Origin: Tubulanus polymorphus
Lineage: Eukaryota; Animalia; Nemertea
NCBI RefSeq assembly: GCF_964204645.1
Contig: NC_134029.1
Coordinates: 24,236,950 to 24,300,949 of the forward strand
Direction: 5' to 3'
Length of the DNA: 64,000 nt
Shown: piece by piece, positions 51,584 through 64,000 of the stretch
How the letters are laid out: every line of letters starts with the position of its first letter
How positions within the stretch are numbered: position 1 is the first letter of the stretch
The notes under the pieces: model-generated
Told to the model about the DNA's origin: nothing
What the model saw: the letters and a program-made list of their open reading frames with translations, nothing else
The model's database searches: none
Translations under genes and position numbers: made by a program

Positions 51584-54500
51584 ATGAATCCCTCCGTAAA
51601 AATTGCTGCTATATTTTGTTGGATATTTTCGATACATGTTTTCATTTGTAAGTACTTGAAAAAAGGGGCGAGGTTCATACGTAATAGATGTGTACCTGAA
51701 TTCAATTTCTTGGAAAACAAGCACGAATATCTCATAAGCCTCTAATTACCTACACAGTCAATTAACTTGTTGACGATTGATAGAACACTATATCCGTGTT
51801 GACGCGATGTAGAGAGAATCCCACATTAACTTGTTGTTTTCTCTCGCTTAATGTATTTCGTCACATCTGACGATGGTCTCTAGAGAGACAGAGAGGGAGA
51901 GAATCAGGGAGGGTGTAAGGGTGGTAGGCTGGAGTCCAAAAATCTTATGAATTTCCTTTTTTATAACGTTCTGAATTTGTATTTGCTCTTATTTACACGC
52001 ACGCGATATAGATGACGTAAATTCGAAGAAGTCTTGTAAAGCGTTTAGTAACATATCGATCAAAGTGGCGCCCGATGAACCTATCCAGGGTCGTAACTCA
52101 TATATCTGGTGTATCGTCGATAAGAATGAAGATTTCTGCGGTGAACCTATTGCTTTACTGCACATACGCGATAACGTTACTAAATACGAAGTGAATTTTA
52201 AAAAACATGGCTATCATTGTTTCGTAAGTCTTCATTCCGTCTCACAATCCGTTATACACCATTATTATATGCATGGACATTATTTTTGTTTACATATGTA
52301 CTGGACAAAGCTTCCGTTAAATGTGTGACGGACCAGGGGTGGATCTAGGGTCTGATTCAGGGAGGTGTCCGCCCCCAAAATAGGACAAATCACAAAATTT
52401 TGCACCCCGAAAGAAAACCGGAGGAAAAACACTAACTCATTTTTGGAAATACCTAAAGGAAGCTAATTAGTTTAAAGTCAAGGTATCAGTTTGATATCAT
52501 TCATTTTCCCGTATAATTTAAGGGCAACTTAACATTTTTAGGGGTTGTCCACCCATACGCCGTCCCCTTGGATCCGGCCCTGCGGACGGACATAGCAGCA
52601 ATCCTCGGTTGCCACGGACAACTGTAAAGCCTCTGTACATGTGTTTCATATCTCAGAATCACGTTTTGAAACGCGTCGTTTTGAATCACGTTTTGAAGCG
52701 CGTCGTTTTGAATCACGTTGTGAAGCGCGTCGTTTTGAATCACGTTGTGAAGCGCGTGCTGCAATCTTCTGATTTCACTCTCTGCAGATTTACAAAGTTC
52801 GTGGTAATTACAGAAACGTGGCAGGAAACTGTTATTATCAACCGAGCAGGGCTTACGGAATTGAAATAAAGAACACTCTTACTAAACACATCGGAAAATG
52901 GTTGTGTCGATATAAAAACACTAGTGTACAGGCGTCAAGCTATATTAAACCAATTTGTAAGTGACCTCAGACCACAACATGCTTCTCCATATCTATAGGC
53001 ATGGACATAAAAACCTGAGTTCATTAATGTTCATTCGATAACTCATTCAGCTTTTATTCCATATTCGTAATATATTCCTAAGTTGAAGTAAATCCTACGT
53101 CACGTACCGTTCTATGAATTAGTATCATGTCTTTTTGAAATAGTCGTTCTATTTTGTTTACAAATAATGATTAATAATTAATTAACGATTAACTGATATT
53201 TTCTTGTAGAATAAGCTTTATAATATACACACGTATCAACTGTTTCCTTTTTTCAAGATGGCCCTGGTCGGTCAGAAATCAAATTCAATTCTTCCGGTAT
53301 AATAAGGACTATAAAAACTACTGCTTGGAATGCACCGCCCAAAATACGCGTGGAATCGGGCAAGGATTTGAATCTGACTTGTGCCGGAGCTGACGGACTC
53401 GCCCTGACACCAATCGCATATTTCTGGATCCGGAAATCGGGATCTATTTCCGTAAAACCCGTCGATATTGAAGAGGCCAATGAAAGCCGGTTGATTTTCC
53501 CAGCTATGAAGACGACCGATGCTGGAACCTATGAATGTATGAAAAGGAACGTGGCTGGAATCGCATCAGCGACTCTATCTATAGAAGTCTATTGCAAAAC
53601 GACAACTGATGAGCGTAGAGTTTTAATTCCATGCGATGGTAGGTAGTGAATCCAATAATATCAGTCAGGAGTTTCAATCTCTTTAAAAAACTAAATGAAA
53701 TATGGATCTTGAATCTGAGTCTATAGATCCAGTTTCACCAAGTCGTGGAATGACTATGAGAGTCACATTCGCTCATGTTTTAACTCCAGGGTCTGGTTGC
53801 ACAGTCGTGACTTGAGTCCAAAAGTAGTTATATCTCAAGTTGTTAGGTCAATAATAAGATGGCCGTTAAGCGGTGTTTTTAAATCAAAGCCACGATTCCA
53901 CAACTGCCTCGAAAATCAGATCTTAACCGCAAACACTATATACTGAATCCTGGACTTTAGAGAATGAATCCATCGATATTTTCAGTACCGCCTAAACTGT
54001 TTCGTACATCAACTTTGAAACAAATCAGACACATCGGCGAAACGGCTGAGTTTAGGATCGAGTTTTGGAAGGTGAGAAGATTTGATAGATCAGTTAGACT
54101 GTATTGCGAGGATTATCAACAGTTTCAGGGTAGCTGCCCGTGGCGTATAGAATACGCTCTCAGGAATGGTTACGATGCCGATCAGTTAGGCGATTGGAGA
54201 ATTCGTATATCTGAAGTGTTTTTCGACGATTACGGGAATTATAAATGTTGGTTGGAAAATCAGACAACTGGTTTACGTACATATCTCGATGTACATCTCC
54301 TCTCACCAGGTACATAAACCTTTTTTATTTGTGTATCTAATATGTGATTTTAAAAGTTTCAAGCTGTGATATGATGCTGTTGCTCATATTCTACAATAGC
54401 CAGTTATGAATTAACGTGAAAACTAGTAATACATGCACTGTGTGTTTTAACTGATTGAACTTCTTGAAATCGCTAGCTTTCGTTTTTACAAGTGGAGTAG

Positions 54501-55846
54501 CATAGAGTAGGGATGAGTAGCATTATCAGGTACACGAGTCACTTATCTGCTATATGCATTTGTAGCAAAAGCACGTAGTTGTCAATGAAATCAATCGACC
54601 TATACAATACTTGTTTCTCGTTAATCGAATTGATACCAGGTTAACACGACGCATGTACAACAGTTTTGCCAATATGCTATATTTATTCAGGTTACCCAAG
54701 TCAAGCTAAAAGTGTTAAAGTAATATCTGTGACCGCGGAATCAGCTCAGATTTCTTGGATCTCGTTGTCTTCACGTCGGAACCAGTATTTTGTGATAGAG
54801 TACAGACTTGTAGGAACCGCTAACTGGACGGTGTCACCTGTAGTGGATGTCGATACTGGTGAAGGATATCACTGCGGGTCACGTGTCGTGGTCGAGGCAG
54901 AGATAGTCGATTTAAGCCCGTCCAGTAAATATGAGGTCAGGGTTAGAGGTCGGGACCCACTGCCTCTATACTCAGTTACGAATCCCTCTGAAACTATCAC
55001 TATTAAAACACGAGGTATCGTTTATATCAGGTTCTACTGCAATGTCGTCATAACGAACTTTGTTACAAGGATTTATCGGTATTTACTACAATTTCATCCT
55101 AAACAGGGTTATTTTGATTATTTCATTGTGTATATAGAACTTATCGGTTATAACGAACAGATTTTCTGGTCTCCCGAAGTTCGTTGTCGCGAATTCCCGC
55201 TATATTTTCATCCGATCTTTGCCTGTCTTTATAAAATCTCTTATTCGATACATCGTTTCAGCGGGAATCGGCCAGAATCCGGCGGGTAAAAGTTCTCAAA
55301 CAATGGCGACGATTATGAAGTTGATCGATTCTGTAATTATCTATGAATCAGCTGAGGAGTTAACTGTCAGTCTCTCAATGAACCCTGGAGTACATATACC
55401 ACCTGACACAGTTTTACCACGAGTCACTATCAGCGTTCTAGCCTGTTGTCTTAACGAGACGACTGCAGCGACACCTGTACGTTGTAGGTCTTTTAATTTC
55501 TCGCCGTTGATTGGCCAGATGCAAGCGCGAATCGACCGTAACGCCCTCTACAGGTACACGATTAGAATAATTGATAATAATAATGGTGACGTCATATATT
55601 CGAGACACGTGACTGCCATCATGGTTGAGGGTAAAGTACTTTATCCCATCACTTTTCCAATTTTACTCAGTCCAAACTCATATACGTAAATTTGCTTTTC
55701 TAGAAGGCGCGTCTTATATCGATCGTGACGTCATTCTGATTGTGTGCCCTGTCGCGGCTTTACTTCTGTTTGTTGTTTTGTTAGTTATTGTTTATAGCAG
55801 GAAGATACTCAGTAAGTTCCCTGAATACGATCAAATATATCCGTAA
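51584..55846 (+). CDS. Type I membrane protein SP-Ig-Ig-Ig-FN3-stalk-TM, paralog A (~661 aa)
   Basis: Exons 51584-51647, 52012-52223, 52788-52956, 53258-53638, 53986-54309, 54691-55014, 55262-55630, 55704-55846, phase-consistent. Ig F-strand motifs GKWLC, DAGTYEC, DYGNYKC. FN3 W/Y/LSPSSKYEVRV. Tail ends YDQIYP. Confidence 0.85.
52334..52582. mobile_element. Intronic MITE with ~18-bp TIRs
   Basis: caggggtggatctaggg ... cccttggatccggccctg, with flanks sharing gacggac. Confidence 0.65.
52658..52758. repeat. 30-bp tandem repeat, ~3.3 copies, next to a splice acceptor
   Basis: aatcacgttttgaagcgcgtcgttttg. Confidence 0.85.
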
Positions 55847-56384
55847 TAATCCGTCGTATTATACAGACCTATAATGCAGATGTGAATATCTATTTAAGCG
55901 ATCTTCAACTGTCGAAGTCAAATACCTGAGAAGAAGATTTTCTTTATAGAAAATAACTTTGGAAGGTAAAAGTCAATTTGTCTTTTCTGCAGAAGAAAGT
56001 TTTTGTTAAAGACATTGAAACATGTTATTCGTTGAAACATCTTTTTTATAGGTGCGGCACGGACACCGCGACGGACAAGTCCCGCATCACTTTTCATCAG
56101 TGAAACTTAATGGAAAGCATTAAATGCACTAATATATATTGTAGCGTGTTATTATAGATTTATAGATCAAACATTTATCGTAAATGAAATACATTTCTAC
56201 TTCACATAATAATCCGGAGTTTCGCAAAACCGGTGATAGAAAGTCTCCAGCTCGGAAACTCGCTGGAGTAGGAAGCAGGGACACGTCATGATCCATTCTT
56301 CTCCCAAGTGTGTTCACACTGTGTTTAGTACTTCTGAGACATTTTTATTATCAGACTTTGGCAATCAACACGCTGTCTCCAGTT

Positions 56385-56542
56385 TACCGTACGGTGCTGC
56401 CGCTACGCTCATCGTTAGCGGATTTTTCTTACACTAATACAAATTGACTCTGGCAGTAGACTCCCATTGATTGCCAGAGTCGGCTCGTGTTGGTGTACGG
56501 AAAATCCGCTAACGACGAGTTTAGCGGCAGCACCGTACGGTG
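56385..56542. mobile_element. Fold-back (palindromic) MITE
   Basis: ~70-bp inverted arms accgtacggtgctgccgcta.../...tagcggcagcaccgtacggt around a short loop. Mismatches are mostly transitions. Confidence 0.75.
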
Positions 56543-56861
56543 TAGTGAAGCGTTCATACTTTCATAGTTGCTGTAGTTTGTTTGTCGACTAAAACAACTG
56601 ATACGAATCCCAGTAGATAAAGTGACCTATCTGTGGATAGAACTAAACTGTTAACAGCAGAATATATTTCGCCCATTTTTCAAAAATTCAAAAAATCGGT
56701 CGTTGTTTTTCCGTATATCACAATGCTTACTACGTCGATATTTGACCCTGATTGTCAATGCGCTGATACCATAGATGTAAACATAGGAATCGTGTACTGT
56801 GTGAACATAGCTACTGATGCCTCGAAAAACTCGAGTTTTTGTGGCAAATAGTAATGAAAAG

Positions 56862-59800
56862 ATGGATCGTTCTTTGATTGCTATTAGTTTATATGTTTGG
56901 ATCTGTTTCTTAATGGAAATTCAATGTAGGTGTAGACAAGATAAGCAGCGTCTAACTTCATCGTGGTATTCAGTGAAATGTCAGCATATCTAAATTATAG
57001 GCAAAGGCTCAGCTGATGACGAATGTAAACCATTCTCGAATATTACCATGAAAATAAAACCCGATGAAGCGATTTGGGGAGAAAACTCGTGGGTTCAATG
57101 CATCGTCGATAACAAGGAGGATTTCTGTGGTGAACCGATACAGCTGATTCAAATCCGCAACAACCTGACGCAATTTCAAGCTAATTTCACCCGCTGGAAC
57201 TGTGAAGTAAGCTTATTACGTTGAATGATAGCGTGAGATTCATGAGTCGAGGTCTATCATAGGTTTCCTATGTCTAATATCGAGATATGAAAATTGCTAC
57301 TATCAATATGCCTATATTTTGTATTTAATGTATTTGGACGGATGGTATATTTATAATCTATCTCTACAGGCGACAAGCGATGATTTTGTCGGTTATAACG
57401 ATATTTTCGGTGAGTGCGATTGGTTTTCCAGGCGTATGTATGGTTTACATATGCGTGAAACAATGTCCAGCTATGGCGGTACGTGGGCCTGTGTATACAA
57501 TAACACTGTAATGGCAACAGCCGAAGTTACTGTGATTCGTAAGTATATTTGGATACCGATGACTTAATACCCGGTCGTGACTTCACTTCAAATTATGAGA
57601 CACGTCTCATGATGGATTGGTTTTGGAACCAAAATTAGCTTAGACAGGTCTTTAGTTATTCGATCGACTAAAGAACCGAAATGAGCACAGGGGGCATCTT
57701 GAGACCAAAATAGTGTTAAGTGTTAAGACTTGTCTTGAAAATGAAATTAGTTGTTCCAACCTTAAAGACAAATCTGACTCGTATCTGTCTTGGTCTCCAA
57801 TGATGAAAACGAAAACTGAAATTCGTCGAATCACCGGCGTTTTATCGTGATTTTGCTATGATTTCAGATGGTCCAGGAGCTCAGGGAATCGAGGCGACCT
57901 CTTCAAAGCGTATTAAACACGAATGGAATCGAGAGGCTTCAATGATAATCGTCGAAGAATATCAAGATTTAGTTTTAATGTGTACCGGATATTACAAATA
58001 TATCCTGACACCTCTGATTTACCACTGGCAAAGGAGAGAAGGACCTATTTCAGTTCAACCCAAAAGAATCGGTCAAAAATCTAAACTCATTTTCCCCTCT
58101 ATAAAAACGACTGATAGCGGTTACTACGAGTGTCGAAAACTGAACAGAGCTGATTATGACAAACGCGAGATAATTGTGGAAGTTTACTGTAGGTCAAATA
58201 AAACTGGAAAATTGGTACCTTGTGAAAGTAAGTGACCGAATAGTAGCTTGTAAGTTAACTTGAAATTTAAAAGCCGAGGAGATAAATATGAACCTAGAAA
58301 TGTGGATCTGCAGTATACATTTTATATTAAGGGTCAGCTCTAACTGGTGTTTATAAAGGTATCGGTATATGCATTCCGCTCCGCCTATCGTCACTATCGA
58401 ATGATGTGGTCATTAACGAATACTAATGACGCATCAGCGTTTGATATCTAAATGGGAACATTTATTCGGTACAGTTGAAATTAGGTCATTTTCGATGAGT
58501 CATATTTCAACCGGAAACCATAGATCGTAGATACAACTTTTCATTTTAACAGAATTCCCCCTCCTCGTCCGTGTATTAAACTGAACATTATTTTCAGAGC
58601 CACCGAAATTAAACTTTGGAAGATCGTGGCTTACACGAAAACCGTACATCGGAGAAAGAGCTGAATTCAAGATATTCTATTATCAGTTGAACCCGAAAGA
58701 CACAGTTGATATAAAGTGTAAAAATGACAAACGTTTGGTCGTTAATTCCTGTCGATTTGGTACAAAACGCGTCGTCAGAAAAATGCCGACAAACTGGGGA
58801 AGAAGACACTGGGAGAAATTGTACTTCGGGCAGTGGAGAATACGAATATGGGACGTAAAATGGGATGATTACGGGTTTTATACGTGTTGGTTGAAAAATA
58901 CAACGAACGGTTTACAAACTTATTTCAACATACGACTGATATCTCCAGGTGAGGACAATCAACAAAAACCCGTATTTGAAAACAGTCATAAATGATTTGT
59001 AGAATGTTGCCAATTCTTTTTGTAGCGTCGCAAAGTCGAGTTAAGAATCTTCAAGTAATATCTGTGACCGCGGAATCAGCTCAGATTTCTTGGGTCTCGT
59101 TGTCTTCACGTCGGAACCAGTATTTTCTGATAGAGTACAGACTGGTAGGAGTTTCCAACTGGACCGTGTCGCCAGTAGTTACGGTTGAAACTGGTTTAGG
59201 GCGACATCAGTTAAACGGTTTATTACCATCCAGTGAATATGAGATTAGAATCAGAGATTGGAATCAACAATCAGTTGAATCAGATACAGCTCCTTCTCAA
59301 TCAATAACACTTATAACTAAAGGTGACACTGCATTTGTCAATGAACTCTTCGTCCATGGTTTTACTAGATAATTTTCAAGTTCTTTCAAACCGATATTTT
59401 GTAAATGATGTTTACGAATGAACTCTTACGTATTTTCAGGATTCGAACCTAATTCTGAAGCGATGTCGACATTTTTAGATTCCGTAGTGATTTTCAAATC
59501 GAGCGAAAAAGTGACTGTTAATTTAGCAGAATCTCCCGGGCGAAATGACGTCACTATCAGCGTTCTAGCCTGTAGTCTTAACGAGACGACTGCAGCGACA
59601 CCTGTACGTTGTAGGTCTTTTAATTTCTCGTCGCCGATTGGTCAGATGCAAGCGCGAATCGACCGTAACGCCCTCTACAGGTATACGGTTAGATTGATTT
59701 ACGATGGTGACGTCATATATTCGAGACACGTGACTGTTGTCGAAGTTGAAGGTATTTCAGAGAAAATAAACGAATTTTCATTTAAATCTTCCATTAATAA

Positions 59801-59996
59801 ATTCGTACACGTTTCGTTTTTATTTTTAAATTCAGATGGAGTATTTGACGGTTTTGATAGTGACGTCACTTTGATCGTCTGCGGTGTTATAGCTATTCTA
59901 CTATTCGGTGTTTTACTGATGATTGTTTACGGCAGAAATATCGTAAAAAATCCACCTAATCAGTGCTGCCAGATGATTGAAGAAAATCCCAGATGA
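56862..59996 (+). CDS. Type I membrane protein SP-Ig-Ig-Ig-FN3-stalk-TM, paralog B (~639 aa)
   Basis: Exons 56862-56925, 57001-57206, 57370-57538, 57868-58227, 58598-58948, 59026-59322, 59440-59751, 59836-59996, same phases as paralog A. Motifs GTWAC, DSGYYEC, DYGFYTC. Confidence 0.85.
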
Positions 59997-60597
59997 AGAA
60001 TCGAACTTTCCAGTTGTGCATCTCTGCCTACAAACTGTTTACTGTTTCCGTAGTTCACGAAATCACATTTGTGTCGAATGCATTTGAATATCGTGAGATC
60101 AAATATGTATTATTCTCATGATAGAAATCGCCCGAACTTACTTTGCGATGTAAAAATAACTCCTCACAATTGTAGTGACAGATGCGTCAAATGAGATTGA
60201 TGAGTTTCCGTGGTTAGTAGTACGTGCATATTAAAAAGTTTGATTGTAATCCTCAATAAATTTCACTTTTGAAATATGATATGTGTATTTAATACTCAGG
60301 GTCCACATCCACAGTTATTAGAGTTAACTCTGAGTCCTAGGTCCTGTTATTATTGTCACTGGATTCCGTTATCTCTCCACTAGTCTATTGTTGTTATCAT
60401 TGCCATTGGTTTCCATTGTTTTAATGACGGTAATGATCTATATTTCCGGCGCCATATTTCCTTTAAAGCCATATGATAATTGAATAATATGGAGTTAAAA
60501 ACAGAAATGTTGAAACATATAACTATAGCAAGTAACACATAGTTCCTGAAAAAAAACTTATCATGAAATACACTTGGGAACCGAGAGCCTAAAAGCG

Positions 60598-60760
<163 letters not shown>

Positions 60761-61144
60761 CATCCGGGCGGCTCCATGATATTTTTGTGGCTGCAAAATA
60801 TCATGTTCAAATCTACGAAAAATATAGTTTAAACACATATGTATGTAACTAAAGTTTACTGAGACGCAAACATTTTCGGCGTTTATAGATAGTTATGCAA
60901 GCGTATAGGCCTTAGCTATACAATCCTTGGAGGCTGCAAAATGTCGAAAGTATTGAAACGTCTTGCGACTTCTCTACTTTGTTCATCTATCCAGGTAAAA
61001 GCAGGAAGTGATCATTTTACACTTTCATCTCGCACTGATGCAGCGTTTATTCATACACTTCACGTGGGCAGATTTTCATTATATATTAACATGGAAGAGA
61101 TGCGCATCAGTTAGATTTACACTCGACGTTAAGTAAAGTGCGAT

Positions 61145-64000
61145 ATGGAGGTAAGCGAATTCTTATGAAAACTTTTGAAACAATTATTTGTCAATCGTTA
61201 TTCAGGGCTGTCGCTTTGCGTTGGGATTTTTACTATACTTACTTAACCAATCAACATCCAATTCTTAACTACGAAAGCATCCTAGGGACATATCTATTAA
61301 AAAATTTTTTGAGGTTAAACTTTTTTGAGTTTGTAACTCGGAATAAACTAGTTTTTACAGTTAAACCTCAAAAATCGCATTTAACTGAGAAAACTAGTTT
61401 ATTCTGAGTTACAAACTCGGAATTAACCTCGAAAATTTTTCTTAATAGATATGTCCCCATGACGCTTCCGAACTTGACAATATTGAAATCTTAAACTGTT
61501 ATTCTTTAAAGCTCTTGAAAAACATGTTCGTAATATAGTTTAGTTATCTCATGATAATATTTCGACGTCTCTTTGTAAAACATATTCACTGGATTCTAAT
61601 TTATATATTATTCTGTTTTCACGCAGAAACCTTCAGACACTGTCGGCTATGCTCTGGCTGGAATCCTGGTTCCAGTTCAGGTATTCGCAGTAATAGGTAT
61701 CGTTGTGGCTCTCGTTCATCTGGTTAAAAAGACTTACCATCGCGGAAATCCGTCTGTTATAGGTCAGTATTAAAACGAATAACTTAGAAACAGGATTCGA
61801 ACCCGATCAATTTTATAACTTTTGTCCGTTTCACATCGCCGATAGATGGGCGTCTCGGACTTATATGAACACTTTAGAAAATGATATTGTAACAACTTCT
61901 TATAACTCTTTTATAATTCGTTGCAACTTCAAGTAGGAATGAATACTATCGAATCTGCTTAATTCGGGTCAACAAAATTCATCCGGCTTAAGGGAAATTC
62001 GAATTAAAAGTTCATTTCCTTTTATATCTGAACAGTTGGACTGCAATTATTATCCGGATTAGTGGGTTATCATATAATCATATTGTGTTACAGCGTAACG
62101 GTCCCAGTAATCGTTCTATCAGGTTCGAATCCCCTATAGAAGAAAAGTAAAACGTTTCATCTGATTCAATCGAAAATTCCTGTGAGAGCTATCGAGTTCA
62201 CTAGATTGTCGCTAGTTAATTAATTCAATATTTTCTCGTCATTTCAGAGTTAATGTGCATCAGTCTAGTGCTGGGTCTAACGTTAAAGACAGTGTCTTAC
62301 TTAGAAGTGTTGGTCGGGATGATCGGAAAGTCGTCGATATTTCGAGGTGTTGACTATCGGATTATCACGTTACAGTCGTATTATTTGAATTACAATATTG
62401 CGATACACGGTTTCGTCATAGGAGTTGACAGGTAACTAGTGATGAAACTCACTCCGGGTCCGCGTTGTAAAGATTATTAAATCCCTGCACACTAACAATG
62501 AAACAGGAGTCTGAAATAAGACTGATTACGTAATGAGAAGTGATGCAAAAATATGTGATGACATATATAGCATCGAAATAACAAACTAAACAAACTTGAA
62601 GTAGGGAAAACTGGGAGGGGGAAGCTAGAATTGAGACCAGTGGACTGGCATACGTATCAAATCATTCCATTTTCAGAGCAAGAATCATAGAAATTATAAG
62701 TAAACGTGGAATCTGATTATACTGTAGAATCTATGAAACAAAATGTAATGATTTTAAATGAATCATCTGTTTTATTTTAGATGTTTTTGTTTAAAGTTCA
62801 TTAAAAGATACGCAGTTTTTGTGAAGGAATCACCGCTTGTATTGCGGGTATCAGTGGCGTTTGTGCCTTGGCTGATGGCAGGTAAGAACCATTTCTTAAT
62901 CCTGTAAGCTTTGCTTTCATTGCCTTCGTTATAGATTAAGAATGAAAATCCTGGTTCACAATCCAAAATAGACAAGAGACAAGAGTAGAAGAAGTAGAGA
63001 TTTTCGATGTTTTAAAGAAACGCAATAATGTCACTTAATAATATGTTTTAGTCCAATAAGTTAGGTTTTTGATGAATCTTTCAATGTTATAAATATCGCT
63101 CGGTTATTTCAAGTGGTTTTGACACTTCGACGTTTTGTCTTTAACAAAATATATAATACATTTTACAGGAATTTTAACGTTAATCAACGCGACGGTGCAG
63201 AATGGTACAGTTTACAACCCGTGGGAATTCCAATGTGATTTTGACCCGATGGAACTCTCAGGCGTCAGACTATCAGTTATTAGTATCTGCAGTATAACAC
63301 CACTACTGACAACATCAGTCCTCAACGTGTTTATATTCAGAGCTAAGTTACTCGGTTATAAAGTCGTTACAAGTCCTTTAAGGAAGCATCTATTCAGTGA
63401 GTACTATTCCGATTTCGATGCTGTAGGTGAGGTAGTATACACCAGGATGGCAGTGGCTCTCACGACGGCTTTGACATATTCGTATTTTCCGGCTGAAGTA
63501 TTTCGTATTCTAGGTCTTGCATTCTATGAAACTACGCCCTACCTCGGAACGGTCTGCGTGTTGTTAGAGATTACGTTGACAGCCACAGTACCGGTCGTTT
63601 TATTCATATCCAGGCGGGATATTCTCGGCAAGTTGAAGATATGGTTCAAAACAAAACGGGACAAGTTTCTAAGACGTGATGCTGACGTAAGTCCCCTGTC
63701 ATTTCACGTGTCTCTACCGACGCCCAAACCGAGGGATAACGTGAGGTTTATCTTCGTGATTCCGCAGCAAGAGGGCGGTAATCCGGGTAGTCAGGAGGTT
63801 TATAGAGGCGGCAATGGAACCGTTGAAGACGAACTCGGTTCACCTGAAGTGAGAATTGTTGCCGATTTTCCGAGATCGGAAATCCAATCTACGCCGGTCA
63901 ATCCAAGAATTTCTCAATCTGATTTTCCAAAACGACACAGTAGTCTCGAGATGCGCTGTTCATTCAGGAATGACAAACTCAGTATAACATCATGTTTATC
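61145..64000 (+). CDS. Multi-exon atypical class A GPCR, 3'-partial
   Basis: Exons 61145-61150 (ATG GAG|GTAAGC), 61627-61762, 62248-62431, 62781-62881, 63169->64000 (open to the window end), phase-consistent. Seven hydrophobic segments, DRC after TM3, TM4 W, ECL2 YNPWEFQCDF, TM6 YSYFP. Confidence 0.75.
61272..61470. mobile_element. Fold-back (palindromic) MITE in an intron
   Basis: ~90-bp inverted arms gggacatatctattaa...aactagtttt / aaaactagttt...ttaatagatatgtccc. Confidence 0.75.

Noticed and set aside
63169-63620. Terminal GPCR as an opsin
   Set aside because: No Lys at the retinal-binding position in TM7 and no NPxxY motif

Overview
AT-rich, intron-containing eukaryotic DNA with GT-AG splicing. 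It is an invertebrate metazoan, plausibly a lophotrochozoan, but the species cannot be fixed from the sequence. 1-24 kb: a minus-strand Homer scaffold gene whose 3' end runs off the window. Its ~20-kb first intron holds many unrelated minisatellites and at least three extra phase-compatible candidate first exons. 24-39 kb: five single-exon divergent rhodopsin-type GPCRs in two families, produced by tandem and inverted duplication and varying mainly in the extracellular loops. 39-42 kb: a 5-exon GH3-family (GHDC-like) gene. 43 kb: a two-exon gene for a small secreted 8-Cys prepropeptide (toxin or antimicrobial-like). 44-51 kb: three tandem 4-exon genes fusing a signal peptide, an acidic EPESES-repeat ectodomain and a TM helix to a DUF4239/bestrophin-like 4-TM domain. 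51-60 kb: two tandem 8-exon Ig-Ig-Ig-FN3 type-I receptors. 61-64 kb: a multi-exon atypical GPCR truncated by the window end. All four paralog arrays show patchwork identity suggestive of gene conversion. Exon structures were derived by hand from splice signals and reading-frame phase, and family calls rest on recognised motifs, not database searches.
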